Shown here piece by piece: positions 31,477 to 41,321 of a stretch of 64,000 nt of DNA; position 1 is the stretch's first letter, and each line of letters begins with the position of its first letter. The DNA lies in assembly GCA_018653365.1 (NCBI GenBank), contig JABIAG010000001.1, positions 416,001-480,000 of the forward strand, in the 5' to 3' direction. The translations under genes and the position numbers were made by a program. The notes below the pieces were generated by a model. It was not told the origin of the DNA and did not search any database. It was given only the letters and a program-made list of their open reading frames with translations. The stretch comes from Candidatus Woesearchaeota archaeon. GTDB lineage: Archaea > Nanobdellota > Nanobdellia > Woesearchaeales > JABIAG01.

Positions 31477-33242
31477 TAAAGATCCCCCCTCCATTTAATG
31501 ATTATAAGTTCCACTATAACAAATATCAGAGCAATCCAAATAATTGTTTTTGAAATATCTTTTTGTTTCGAAAGGCCAACTGCCTGATCTCCAGCAAGTA
31601 AAGAATCCTGATCTAAATCAATAATGCTATTAAGATTAGACTCCTCAAAATTTAATAAGTTAGTAGCAACAGTGTTATTATCAAAATTATATAACCCTAC
31701 TTTGTTCATAACAACCCTATTAGTTTTTAGGTCTCCAACAGGAGTAGAAACTTCCTGGAACGTAGTGGGAATAATTTCTCCAGTTTGAAATTGTAATTTA
31801 TATTCTTCTTCTTCAGGAACAAGATAATCAATTAAGTAACTCCAAAATAAAGGAAAATCAGGGGTGCTCTTAAAATCAGATTGGCGCTCTAAAATTCCAT
31901 ACGTAATTATGTTATCTTTAACACAAATCAAAGTATTATTTGTATCTGTAATAACCCACTCTTGACAATCTTCTTCAGCAGTAGAGAAATATTTGTAAAC
32001 CTTACTAAACTCGACATCCGAAGTAACAGCATTATTAATAATCTTAATTGGTTGACCATTTTCTAAAGGAGCAAATAATGCTAAATTAGCTAATTTTTTG
32101 TAATCAATCAGGTGAGAATCAGATTGTAAATGTAATATGATTCCTGAATCTTTATTTTTTTCAATATCATGAAAAGTCGAGGGAAGAATTTTGGCTTTGT
32201 CAATATCTTTTATTATGTAAAGTTTGAAATCTCCATCAGGAACGACCGGAAGCTGAGTAGTGGTTATCTCCAACTTATTTAATGATTCAAGAGCGGTCTT
32301 AAGATAATCTTTACCCTCATTATTAGTAACATAAAGCGTTGGAATTCGTTTTACCTCAGGTAAACTAACATAAGCAACATTATCAACAGGAAAATCATCA
32401 TTAACTTCTAGTTCAAACATGTTAGACCCTGGGGTTAAATCAAAATAAATCGACTCAACACCGTTAGCTCGAAGAACAAGTTCTTTAGATTGCGTTGCAG
32501 ACTTAACGTTAAACTTGACATTTTGAGAATTATAATTCTTAATTTTTAGTCGGGCTTGATCAGTAACTTCTAGATCAATAATTCCTACATTGTTAACTGG
32601 TTTGTTAAATGATTTAAAGACAACTCGAATATTCTTAGCATTTAACTGACGCTTAGCAATTACGGGTTCAGGAATAGAGGCAAAATCAGAAAGAATATAA
32701 ACCGTTCCACCCTGCATTAAACTAGATGCTTGTAACATTGCATCCTCAATATTTGAAAGCGTATCTGAGGGTTGAATGTTAGCCAAAATATCTGCTGCCT
32801 TTTCAGAACTGCCCTTCTCCACTAAGGTAAAGGGAATGTTCTCAGCAAGAATAATAGAAACTTTATCTTTATCTTTGATTAAACTTTGCGCTTCCTTAAT
32901 CGCTGCACTAAATCGAGTTGAAGAATCATATTTAGCCTGCATGCTGGCACTAGAATCTAAAATTAAAGTAATGTGTTCCTCGCTCCTTTCTTGAGAGATG
33001 TTAAGTAACGGAGTTGCAGCAGCAAAAGCTAAAAGTAATATTGCTAATAATTGTAATATAAATAACATGTTAGCCATGAGTTTCTTAAAGAAGGCTGAAC
33101 GCTTTTTAATGGCTTTATCTTTAATAAAAAACATCAATGAAGAAAACACTTTCTTTTTAGGCTTACGAGAAAACAAATAAAATAAAACTAATGGAATAAG
33201 AAGAGCTAATGCGCTAAGTGCAAGGGGATTTCGGAAAGGCAT
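31476..33242 (-). CDS. BatA-like N-terminal + vWA domain membrane protein
   Basis: MPFRNPLAL...FSSLMF (BatA-like N-terminus), LDSSASM, LSDF; C-terminal TM. Confidence 0.85.
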   Translation of the reverse strand: MPFRNPLALSALALLIPLVLFYLFSRKPKKKVFSSLMFFIKDKAIKKRSAFFKKLMANMLFILQLLAILLLAFAAATPLLNISQERSEEHITLILDSSASMQAKYDSSTRFSAAIKEAQSLIKDKDKVSIILAENIPFTLVEKGSSEKAADILANIQPSDTLSNIEDAMLQASSLMQGGTVYILSDFASIPEPVIAKRQLNAKNIRVVFKSFNKPVNNVGIIDLEVTDQARLKIKNYNSQNVKFNVKSATQSKELVLRANGVESIYFDLTPGSNMFELEVNDDFPVDNVAYVSLPEVKRIPTLYVTNNEGKDYLKTALESLNKLEITTTQLPVVPDGDFKLYIIKDIDKAKILPSTFHDIEKNKDSGIILHLQSDSHLIDYKKLANLALFAPLENGQPIKIINNAVTSDVEFSKVYKYFSTAEEDCQEWVITDTNNTLICVKDNIITYGILERQSDFKSTPDFPLFWSYLIDYLVPEEEEYKLQFQTGEIIPTTFQEVSTPVGDLKTNRVVMNKVGLYNFDNNTVATNLLNFEESNLNSIIDLDQDSLLAGDQAVGLSKQKDISKTIIWIALIFVIVELIIIKWRGDL

Positions 33243-33317
33243 GATAACTTTTTGGCGAATGGGTTTATATAGTTTTTGCTGCTAAGCTTTATAAATGCAT
33301 CTTGATTATTTAAAAGC

Positions 33318-33824
33318 ATGATAGTGACGTTAAGCGATAGAGCTAGTTTAGAAGTTCCTGAAGAGTTCTTAGAGTACTTATCTTCACACAAAAAACCAGC
33401 TTTTGTAAAGGGCTTTTTTACTCGACTAAAACGAGTTGTAAGAGAACGAACAAAAGCCGAAGTTGGTTTAGATATTCTTGGGAATGAAACAAGAGGAATA
33501 ACTTTCTTCGCTCAACAAATTGGATTATACTTTCGAAGAGAGGATCAGTTACTTTTTGGTATAACCGAACCTAGTGAATATGCTCCCATAGTTCTTGGTA
33601 AAAAGGGACCTTTAAGAGGGGGAGTAAAACCGTTGAACGAATTTGATTTAGATTTCAAAGTGAATGGTGCTAGTTGTGAAGTTGTTTTAAGTTCAGATGT
33701 TTTATTAAAAAGCAGAATAACACAATTTAATAGAAGGTATGGTGCAGGAGTTGCAAATTATGCCCCTCATGCAACTCCATCAGAATTACACTTACTAGAA
33801 ACTTTTTTTGGATATGAAAGATAA
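33318..33824 (+). CDS. Hypothetical protein
   Basis: 168-aa ORF with TTTATAAA upstream. Confidence 0.55.
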   Translation: MIVTLSDRASLEVPEEFLEYLSSHKKPAFVKGFFTRLKRVVRERTKAEVGLDILGNETRGITFFAQQIGLYFRREDQLLFGITEPSEYAPIVLGKKGPLRGGVKPLNEFDLDFKVNGASCEVVLSSDVLLKSRITQFNRRYGAGVANYAPHATPSELHLLETFFGYER

Positions 33825-33852
33825 AGGTTACAAAAGTATATTGGTTAAAATC

Positions 33853-34164
33853 ATGAGTCGAAGAGTTAATGTAGGGGACAGAAATGTTGAGGTTATTATC
33901 GGTAAAGGAATGCAAGCTCATCTAACTGAGGTTGTTTTCCCTAAAATGCGATTTACTCAGTATGGTGATTTTCTTAAAGTTTTGGAGAGGGAGGTAAGAA
34001 AATTATTTCAATCTGAACAATGTGAGGTATCTGATCCAAAAATGTGGGTGTTAAGATACGCAGGATATGAAGAAGAAAATGTGAAACCAACTGAAAATCA
34101 AAGAACTCTTCCTATAGAAAGAGGGATTTTTGGTGACCAAATGGTCTTCTATACAAACTTTTAA
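33853..34164 (+). CDS. Hypothetical protein
   Basis: ORF track gives 33808; the non-overlapping ATG at 33853 is preferred. Confidence 0.5.
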   Translation: MSRRVNVGDRNVEVIIGKGMQAHLTEVVFPKMRFTQYGDFLKVLEREVRKLFQSEQCEVSDPKMWVLRYAGYEEENVKPTENQRTLPIERGIFGDQMVFYTNF

Positions 34165-34208
34165 AAGTTCTACAAAACATTTAAATAGGTTCTGAATAAT
34201 AAACTAGT

Positions 34209-34364
34209 ATGAATCTCTTTAAAAAAAAATGTTATGTCTGTAGTAAATGTGGATATAAATCTGTACAAGCAATCAAGACCTGTCCCACGTGTGGAACGAG
34301 TCTAGAAGAATATTGTTGTAAGTGCGGATGTGCAAAAGGGAATTGTACTTGTAAAAAATGCTAA
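34209..34364 (+). CDS. Small Cys-rich protein (51 aa, 12 Cys): zinc-ribbon-like half plus metallothionein-like half; not in the ORF track
   Basis: Manual translation: MNLFKKKCYVCSKCGYKSVQAIKTCPTCGTSLEEYCCKCGCAKGNCTCKKC*. TTTAAATA lies about 29 nt upstream. Confidence 0.75.
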   Translation: MNLFKKKCYVCSKCGYKSVQAIKTCPTCGTSLEEYCCKCGCAKGNCTCKKC

Positions 34365-34401
34365 TTATGAACCTAATTTCAGAATGGCACGGAGTGGAGT
34401 G

Positions 34402-35316
34402 ATGTTAGACACAATAATTATTGGAGGCGGACCCGCAGCACTAGCCGCAGCAGTATATGCCGCACGACAAAAAATAAAATTTATTGTTATTTCTAAAGAT
34501 GTTGGAGGACAGGTAGCCTGGAGTAGTGATGTTGAAAATTATCTTGGATTTAGCTCAATTGTTGGAATAAAATTAGCTGGAGAATTTAAAAAACATGTAG
34601 AAACCAATGGCGTTAAAGTTGAAATGGCTGAAGTTGTTGGAATTGAAAAAAAAGGAAAACAATTCATTGTTAAAACACCAACAAAAAATTATGAAACTAA
34701 AACAGTTTTGATCACCTCAGGAAAAAAACCAAGAAAATTAGGTGTGAAGGGCGAAGAAGATTACGAAAAAAGAGGAGTGGCATATTGTGCAACCTGTGAC
34801 GGACCAGTATTTAGCGGAATGAATGTTGCAGTTATTGGCGGAGGAAATTCGGCTTTAGACGCAGCATTGTTACTAGATAAGTATGCCAAAAAAATATATG
34901 TTGTTAATTTGAATAATCAATTATCTGGAGAACGAATGTTGCTTAGCAAAGTTAAGAAAAGCAAAAAAGTTCACATTTACGACAATGCAATCACTAAAGA
35001 AATAAAGGGAGATGGAAAAAAGGTAACCTCTCTAAGTTTTGAACAAAACGGAAAAGAGTTCGAAATTAAGGTTGGGGGAGTGTTTGTAGAAATTGGAAGT
35101 GTACCCTCAAATTCTTTTGATAAACTAACAAAGAAAAACCAGTGGGGAGAAATAACTATTCATACTAAAAATGGAATTTCAAATCAAACCTCAGTAACTG
35201 GAATGTTTGCTGCCGGAGATGTGAGTAGTGTTCCTGAGAAACAAGTGATAGTAGCAGCGGGAGAGGGAGTAAAAGCAATATTGGGAATATTTAAATACTT
35301 GAATGGTTTGAAATAA
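34402..35316 (+). CDS. trxB: Thioredoxin reductase-like FAD/NAD(P) disulfide oxidoreductase
   Basis: IIGGGPA, GGQ, VENYLG, active site CATCDG, VIGGGNSA, FAAGDV. A GGAGTG site precedes the ATG at 34402. Confidence 0.88.
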   Translation: MLDTIIIGGGPAALAAAVYAARQKIKFIVISKDVGGQVAWSSDVENYLGFSSIVGIKLAGEFKKHVETNGVKVEMAEVVGIEKKGKQFIVKTPTKNYETKTVLITSGKKPRKLGVKGEEDYEKRGVAYCATCDGPVFSGMNVAVIGGGNSALDAALLLDKYAKKIYVVNLNNQLSGERMLLSKVKKSKKVHIYDNAITKEIKGDGKKVTSLSFEQNGKEFEIKVGGVFVEIGSVPSNSFDKLTKKNQWGEITIHTKNGISNQTSVTGMFAAGDVSSVPEKQVIVAAGEGVKAILGIFKYLNGLK

Positions 35317-35331
35317 AAAAGGTGATAAAAC

Positions 35332-35658
35332 ATGGTTTCGCATGATGATAAAGTAATGGGAATGTTAGCACATCTATTAGGTATTTTTACTTGGTTTATA
35401 GGACCCTTGATTATACTCTTGGTTGCTAAAGACAAACACAAATTTGCATACAAAAATGCAGCACACGCAATAAACTTTCAGATAAGCGTAACAATCTACG
35501 CAATAATCTGCGCATTGTTGGTTCTGGTATTAATTGGGTTATTATTATTGCCAATACTTATGATATTTGCACTAGTAGTAGAAATCGTAGGAAGTGTGAA
35601 AGCATATGAAGGAGCAGTATACAAATACCCTCTAGAAATACCTTTTATTAAAGCATAG
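35332..35658 (+). CDS. DUF4870-like small membrane protein
   Basis: LAHLLG, GPLII, AINFQ and YKYP pattern; three TMs; AGGTGA ribosome-binding site. Confidence 0.8.
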   Translation: MVSHDDKVMGMLAHLLGIFTWFIGPLIILLVAKDKHKFAYKNAAHAINFQISVTIYAIICALLVLVLIGLLLLPILMIFALVVEIVGSVKAYEGAVYKYPLEIPFIKA

Positions 35659-35692
35659 AAAAGTTTTTATATTTCTTTTTCTTTTTTCTTAT

Positions 35693-37042
35693 ATGCAACT
35701 AACTAATTTAGATTTTATTCTGATACTAATATACTTTGCAGTACTGATTTTAATTGGGTATTGGAGTTCAAGAAAACAAAATGAAGAAGATTACTTGATC
35801 GCGAATAGAAAGTTGGGAGCATGGCAAACCATGTTCACTATAAACGCAAGTAAAACAGGAAGTATCTTAATGTTGTTCACAGCACTAGTTTACATCTTTG
35901 GATTTGCTGCAATGTGGTATTTTATAGGAATGATTATCGGGGTATTGCTCTTCTTGCCATTTGCTTTAAAACTAAAAGAACGTTCAAGTGGAAAGTTTTA
36001 TACTCTGGCAGATTATTTTAAAGCACATTATAGTAAAGGCGTTGCAGTAATAGCATCACTTATCTCAATATTCTTAATGTTTGGATTCTTAGTGATAAAT
36101 CTTATTGCAGGCTCTAAAATCTTCATGTTCTTTTCTGGATGGCCATTTTGGATTTGCGCGATTGTAATGATGCTAGTTGTACTGATATACATCTTAATGG
36201 GTGGATTTAAGGCAGTGGTGAAAACAGACATTCTACAATATGTGGCAATGCTATTCATCATGGTGTTGTTGTTCATTATACTCTTTAAAGGATCAATTAT
36301 TCCACCCTCTGATTGGAACATTTTTACTATAAGTTTACCAAACCTTATTGGCTTTTTCATAGCAGGAATACTATTCCCCTTTGCAATGCCTGATATGTGG
36401 CAAAGAGTTTATTCATCAAAAAACAAACAAACACTAAAACGGGGAATAATAAGCTCTGCAATAATCTATTTCGTATTTGCCTTCTTGTTAATTCTAATTG
36501 CATTAACAGTTAAATCACAGTTTCCTGGAGCAGATCCGGATCTAGCACTGCTTCACGGATTTGGAAGCTTACTTCCTACAGGACTGCTAGGACTATCAGT
36601 AGTGCTCTTATTTGCAGCAATAATGAGTACAATAGATACATCAATATTTACTTCCTCATCTGCAATAATTCAAGACTATTTTAACTGGAATAAGAAAAAA
36701 ACAATTAAAAACATTCGAAGAGTAATATTCATTGTATCAGTTCTAGGAGCGTTAGCTGCAATAGCAGTACAAAACTTAGTAATTGGAGCATACATCTTCA
36801 TTGCAGCACTAGTTGTTTTAGCAATGATTGTCATAATCACCTGGATGAAAATCAGGGTAAGATCATTAACACTCTTGAGCGGGTTTGTACTAGGATTAGT
36901 TGTATTTTTTATTGCACTGATTGTAGGAATGACAACTGGAAGCTTACAACCCACCATCGTTCTTTATTCCCTTGTTGCAACCCTAATTGGATTGTTAGCT
37001 GGTAGTATAGTTAGCTATTTCAAATATAGAAAGTTCAGATAA
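35693..37042 (+). CDS. Sodium:solute symporter family transporter
   Basis: About 13 TMs; EDYLIANR, GGFKAVVKTD, WQRVYS, AAIMSTIDT. Confidence 0.9.
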   Translation: MQLTNLDFILILIYFAVLILIGYWSSRKQNEEDYLIANRKLGAWQTMFTINASKTGSILMLFTALVYIFGFAAMWYFIGMIIGVLLFLPFALKLKERSSGKFYTLADYFKAHYSKGVAVIASLISIFLMFGFLVINLIAGSKIFMFFSGWPFWICAIVMMLVVLIYILMGGFKAVVKTDILQYVAMLFIMVLLFIILFKGSIIPPSDWNIFTISLPNLIGFFIAGILFPFAMPDMWQRVYSSKNKQTLKRGIISSAIIYFVFAFLLILIALTVKSQFPGADPDLALLHGFGSLLPTGLLGLSVVLLFAAIMSTIDTSIFTSSSAIIQDYFNWNKKKTIKNIRRVIFIVSVLGALAAIAVQNLVIGAYIFIAALVVLAMIVIITWMKIRVRSLTLLSGFVLGLVVFFIALIVGMTTGSLQPTIVLYSLVATLIGLLAGSIVSYFKYRKFR

Positions 37043-37667
37043 ATGTTTTCTCACCTAAACTTGAAGGAATATCACCAAACTCACAATCCTTACAGGTTGG
37101 ATCAAGATTAACCCAATCTCCCTGTCTGTAACGGTTTAGTGCTTCAGGTAACTGGGCCTGAATGTAAACGTGACCTGGAATGAAAACAAACTTAGTTTGA
37201 ATACCTACACTTCTCAATAAAGATGAAAGTAAAACTGCATGATCATCACAATCCCCACTTTGAACCTCTAATGTATAAGCAGGCTCTTTAACAAACTCAA
37301 ACTTAACAGGGTCATTAACATAATTAATATTATCTCTAGTGAACAAATAAAGTGCTTTAGCATTACAAATTCTATTGCTCTTACAAGAAATACTTGTTAT
37401 TTTATCTGCAACTTTCTTTATTTCACCATCAACCTTAACATATTGATAGAACTCCTGAATGCTGTTAATGGAAAAGTTAGTTTGAGAACTTGTACCCTGA
37501 AATACCTCTTCAATCGTTGGAATAATGGTTGGAGAGGGATCTAACTTAACAAAAGTGTTAGGAAGAACTGTTGCAATTATTATTAACGCTAAGAATATGG
37601 CTAAAACCCACTTAATTGGACTATGATACCATTTCTTGTCTTCAACCTCTTCTTCAATATGTTCCAT
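37035..37667 (-). CDS. Membrane-anchored transglutaminase-like cysteine protease domain protein
   Basis: N-terminal TM; Cys-His-Asp triad motifs GDCDDHA, GHVY, WVNLDPT. Confidence 0.85.
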   Translation of the reverse strand: MEHIEEEVEDKKWYHSPIKWVLAIFLALIIIATVLPNTFVKLDPSPTIIPTIEEVFQGTSSQTNFSINSIQEFYQYVKVDGEIKKVADKITSISCKSNRICNAKALYLFTRDNINYVNDPVKFEFVKEPAYTLEVQSGDCDDHAVLLSSLLRSVGIQTKFVFIPGHVYIQAQLPEALNRYRQGDWVNLDPTCKDCEFGDIPSSLGEKTFI

Positions 37668-37713
37668 AATCAGTTAGTGAAAAGATGTTTAATAAATGTT
37701 ATTATTAAAAGAA

Positions 37714-37980
37714 TTACTTAACTTTTTTAGCTTCGGTCTTAAAAGATTCAACTTGTTTTTTTAATGATTTTATTGCTTTTTTAACAACTGCTTTAGCATC
37801 TGTTGCTTCAACCTTCATTCTAGGAACACCTACAAGAGGGTGATCAATTCTATAAGTCGCTAATTTAACATTTTTATCATTAACTAGCTCTTCTTTTAGT
37901 AGATTACAGAAACCATGCGAAACACCTTCTATTTCAAAAGTAACTGAATTCTTTTTATCTTCAATAAATCGTATTTCCAT
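37714..37980 (-). CDS. rpoL: DNA-directed RNA polymerase subunit L (Rpo11)
   Basis: EGVSHGFCNLLKEEL and YRIDHPL motifs; start at MEIRF. Confidence 0.9.
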   Translation of the reverse strand: MEIRFIEDKKNSVTFEIEGVSHGFCNLLKEELVNDKNVKLATYRIDHPLVGVPRMKVEATDAKAVVKKAIKSLKKQVESFKTEAKKVK

Positions 37981-38020
37981 TTTTCTTTGTGATGATAACG
38001 TATTTAAAAATGTTACTGTT

Positions 38021-39232
38021 TTAATCCTTAATAATTCCATACCCAACTAATCTAAATCTGTTTCCCACCTTTCTTGAGATTGTAACTCTAGATTCAACAT
38101 CAGCACAAACAGGAATTTTAAGTCTACACGACGCAATACCTTTCTTAAGATCGGTAACCACCCCAACAGTAGCAGCAGAATTAACATTAAGCATTAAAAT
38201 CTCTTTATCAGCAATAGGTTTTACATCTTGTTCATCCTTAGTTCCAACAACTCTTTTAAGTAAATGAAGCTCAAGTTTGATAGACTCCCAAATCTTAGGT
38301 AGTTTACCTGGAGAACCAACAACAGTGCCTGCAAGAGTATCTGATTTAACAATAGAGGGGTCTAATGATGTAAGAATAGCAACAGAGCCTCCTGGAATGA
38401 TTTCTTCAACAGGAGTGGTACCAGACATTAAACCTAATACTTTAGTAATTAAATGACGAGGTTTGCCCTCAAACTCTTTAGCAGGTAAAATTTCAATTTC
38501 ATCACCAATTTTGATTTGGCCTTGTTGTAATGCTCCCCCTAGTACTCCCCCCTTAACTTTATCAGGGAAAATACCTGGTTTGTTAATATCAAAAGATCTA
38601 GCAACAAGCATTAAAGGATCCTTCTTTAAATCATTTTTAGGAGTTGGAATAACCTCTTGAATAGTTTTCAAAAGTAAATCAATATTTATCTTGTGAAATG
38701 CAGAAATAGGAATTATGGGCGCATCCTTAAATGCAGTATCTTTAATATACGCTTTTATTTGATTATAATTCTCTAAAGCTTTTTCTTTTGAAACCAAATC
38801 AATCTTGTTCTGAATAATTATAACTTTTTTAATTCCCACAATTTCTAGAGCAGCTAAATGTTCCTTAGTTTGGGGTTGAGGACACTCTTCATTAGCAGCA
38901 ATTAGAACTAATGCCCCATCCATAATCATTGCACCTGATAACATGGTAGCCATAAGACTCTCGTGTCCAGGAGCATCAACTAAACTGATATTTCTTACAA
39001 ATTTAGAACCTGTTTCTTTGAAAGGATATAGTTTAGCCCCTTTCTTGTATATCGAAACGTTAGCATAACCCAATCTTATTGTAATTCCTCTTTTAAGTTC
39101 TTCAGAATGAGTATCAGTCCATTTTCCACTTAATGACTGAGTAAGAGTAGTTTTACCATGATCAACATGACCCACAAGTCCAATGTTAACATCTGGTTGA
39201 ATATCCTCCTCTTTAACTTCTTTTTTAGTCAT
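38021..39232 (-). CDS. eif2g: Translation initiation factor 2 gamma subunit
   Basis: QPDVNIGLVGHVDHGKT, DTHSEELKRGITIRLGY, DAPGHE, PQPQT, NKID, RSFDINKPG. Confidence 0.97.
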   Translation of the reverse strand: MTKKEVKEEDIQPDVNIGLVGHVDHGKTTLTQSLSGKWTDTHSEELKRGITIRLGYANVSIYKKGAKLYPFKETGSKFVRNISLVDAPGHESLMATMLSGAMIMDGALVLIAANEECPQPQTKEHLAALEIVGIKKVIIIQNKIDLVSKEKALENYNQIKAYIKDTAFKDAPIIPISAFHKINIDLLLKTIQEVIPTPKNDLKKDPLMLVARSFDINKPGIFPDKVKGGVLGGALQQGQIKIGDEIEILPAKEFEGKPRHLITKVLGLMSGTTPVEEIIPGGSVAILTSLDPSIVKSDTLAGTVVGSPGKLPKIWESIKLELHLLKRVVGTKDEQDVKPIADKEILMLNVNSAATVGVVTDLKKGIASCRLKIPVCADVESRVTISRKVGNRFRLVGYGIIKD

Positions 39233-39340
39233 GGTTATGGGGGTGGGTGAGGCATTTATAAATGTTATTAAAGTTTTCTGCTAAACACAGTTGGAATAGA
39301 ATGGGGTGTATTAAAGTTTAAAAAAATAAAAAATAAAAAG

Positions 39341-39862
39341 CTAATCAAACTTATGTTCTAGTGCAAACAAGTTTTCAATAAAGAGTTTCTTTTTTGCTAA
39401 TGTTCTACCTTGTTTAAGCATAAATCCTCTGGCAACGTTACTATTGGTCCATCTTGAGACCGTTAGACTTGCGTCGTTTTTATACCCTTCTTTTTTTAGA
39501 AATTCTTCCATGATATCAATAATTTCTTTAGTTAAAAGAGCTTCTGCAATTGGATTTAAGTAATACAAATGTTTTTCATTTATCCCTGTGAAACAACTGT
39601 GATCAAACATTGCACCATAAACTCCTGCCGCAGGATAAAATACTCTTGCATTTTTAATTTCATTATCAACTACAGTCCCCCATATGATGGAATGAGTGTC
39701 ATCAATTGAATAAAATTTGTATTCTTTTCCCTCTGCTATGTCAGCCTTACTTCCGTCAATTGCGCTAAGCCAACTAGGTATGACTTCTTTAAATTCATCC
39801 TCTCCTATGCAGTCTATAGCTACACCTGTTAATTGATTAATAACCTTTTTAATTTCAAACAT
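39341..39862 (-). CDS. Hypothetical protein
   Basis: 173-aa ORF with AGGTGA ribosome-binding site and upstream TATA. Confidence 0.65.
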   Translation of the reverse strand: MFEIKKVINQLTGVAIDCIGEDEFKEVIPSWLSAIDGSKADIAEGKEYKFYSIDDTHSIIWGTVVDNEIKNARVFYPAAGVYGAMFDHSCFTGINEKHLYYLNPIAEALLTKEIIDIMEEFLKKEGYKNDASLTVSRWTNSNVARGFMLKQGRTLAKKKLFIENLFALEHKFD

Positions 39863-39981
39863 TTTGTATCACCTAACCAAATTAACTTTTATTCAATATA
39901 TAAATATTGCTATTTTGAAATGTCTCTGTTGGAGGTGTTGTAATCATAATATTTAAATAGGTGTTTTGCAATAGTTCAAAT

Positions 39982-40668
39982 ATGAGAAGAGAAAAAGTCG
40001 TGTTAATAACTGGGGGCAATACTGGCATAGGAAAAGCAACCTGTGAAGAGTTCTTAAAAAAAGGATATTCAGTATTGATAACTTATCTTTCAGGCAAGGT
40101 ACAGAAAGGGGTAATGGGTATAAAAGCAGATCTAACAAAGAAAAAAGATGTTGAACGGGTAGTTAAAATAGTTAAAAAATATGGGTTGGATGTTCTGGTG
40201 AATAACGCAGGAATAGTAAAACACTCTAAGCTGAAAAAATTAGATTTGGAACAATGGAAAAAAACATTTGAAATAAATTTGTTTGGAATGTATGCACTGA
40301 CTAAAGCATTAGTTCCTTTAATGAAAAAAGGAAGAATAGTAAACATCTCATCTATTCGAGGAGTAATTGGAAGTAATCACGACATGGACTATTCTGCGTC
40401 AAAAGCAGGAGTGATTAATTTAACACAATCTTTAGCTAAAGAACTAGCGCCACACATTTGTGTAAACTCAGTAAGTCCGGGAATAACAAAAACTAAAATG
40501 CTAAAGAATTATAATAAAACTAAAATAAGAATAAAGAAATTAACTTTGTTAAAAAGAGTGGCCAATCCTTCAGAGATAGCAAAAGCAATTGTATTTTTGG
40601 GTTCAGAAGATGCTTCTTATATTACTGGACAGAATATTGTTGTAGACGGCGGATATATAATAAAATAA
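39982..40668 (+). CDS. Short-chain dehydrogenase/reductase (FabG-like)
   Basis: TGGNTGIG, NNAG, NISS, YSASK, SPG, YITGQ...VDGG. Confidence 0.92.
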   Translation: MRREKVVLITGGNTGIGKATCEEFLKKGYSVLITYLSGKVQKGVMGIKADLTKKKDVERVVKIVKKYGLDVLVNNAGIVKHSKLKKLDLEQWKKTFEINLFGMYALTKALVPLMKKGRIVNISSIRGVIGSNHDMDYSASKAGVINLTQSLAKELAPHICVNSVSPGITKTKMLKNYNKTKIRIKKLTLLKRVANPSEIAKAIVFLGSEDASYITGQNIVVDGGYIIK

Positions 40669-40678
40669 AAAATAAAAG

Positions 40679-41182
40679 CTATTTAGCTTCTTCCTTTTTT
40701 TCTTCAGCTTTAGGCTCTTCTGCTTTTTCCTTAGGCTCAGAACTTTTTGGTTCTGTTGCTTCTTTAGCAGGAGCTTCTTTAGCTTCTTCTTTAGGAGCGT
40801 CTCCTTCTTTAGCTTCACCCTCGGCTTTAGCTTCAGCAAAAATATCCTCTTTACCGGCTTTAATAACATAAAGATTTAATTGTGCAGTTGCAATAGAAAC
40901 AGTATTACCTCTAACAGTTTTTCTTTTTCTCATACCCTTACGTTTAATATGTGCACCTAAACTATTTGTAACAAGAATACGTTTTCTTTCTTCACCCTGA
41001 ACGTCCCTTCTCATGGGAAAGCCAGCAGAATCTGAACCTCCTCTGATTTCAAATTCATAACCCTCTAAACCAATACTAGAACCCTCAAGTTTATCGCCAA
41101 TTTTTAATCCACGTAAAGCTTTTTCATCTTCAAACTCAATTTGTTTTGCTTTACCTTTCTTATCTGATATAACTAATTTCAT
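40679..41182 (-). CDS. rps6e: 30S ribosomal protein S6e with acidic/Lys low-complexity tail
   Basis: GLEGYEFEIRGGSDSAGFPMR and RKRKTVRGN motifs. Confidence 0.96.
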   Translation of the reverse strand: MKLVISDKKGKAKQIEFEDEKALRGLKIGDKLEGSSIGLEGYEFEIRGGSDSAGFPMRRDVQGEERKRILVTNSLGAHIKRKGMRKRKTVRGNTVSIATAQLNLYVIKAGKEDIFAEAKAEGEAKEGDAPKEEAKEAPAKEATEPKSSEPKEKAEEPKAEEKKEEAK

Positions 41183-41321
41183 TTTTTGCCTCCGACACTG
41201 TATTTTAGGATAGTTCCTAACAGCTCAGTAAGGTTAAGAATGAATAAATCATTTAAAAAGTTAACTGAAATAACGGTTATAAGGGACAAATGCTTTTAAA
41301 ACACCAAAATTTACATATTAC

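Noticed and set aside
34330-34401. N-terminal extension of thioredoxin reductase from GTG at 34330
   Set aside because: It overlaps the Cys-rich small gene; the SD-led ATG at 34402 matches the family start.
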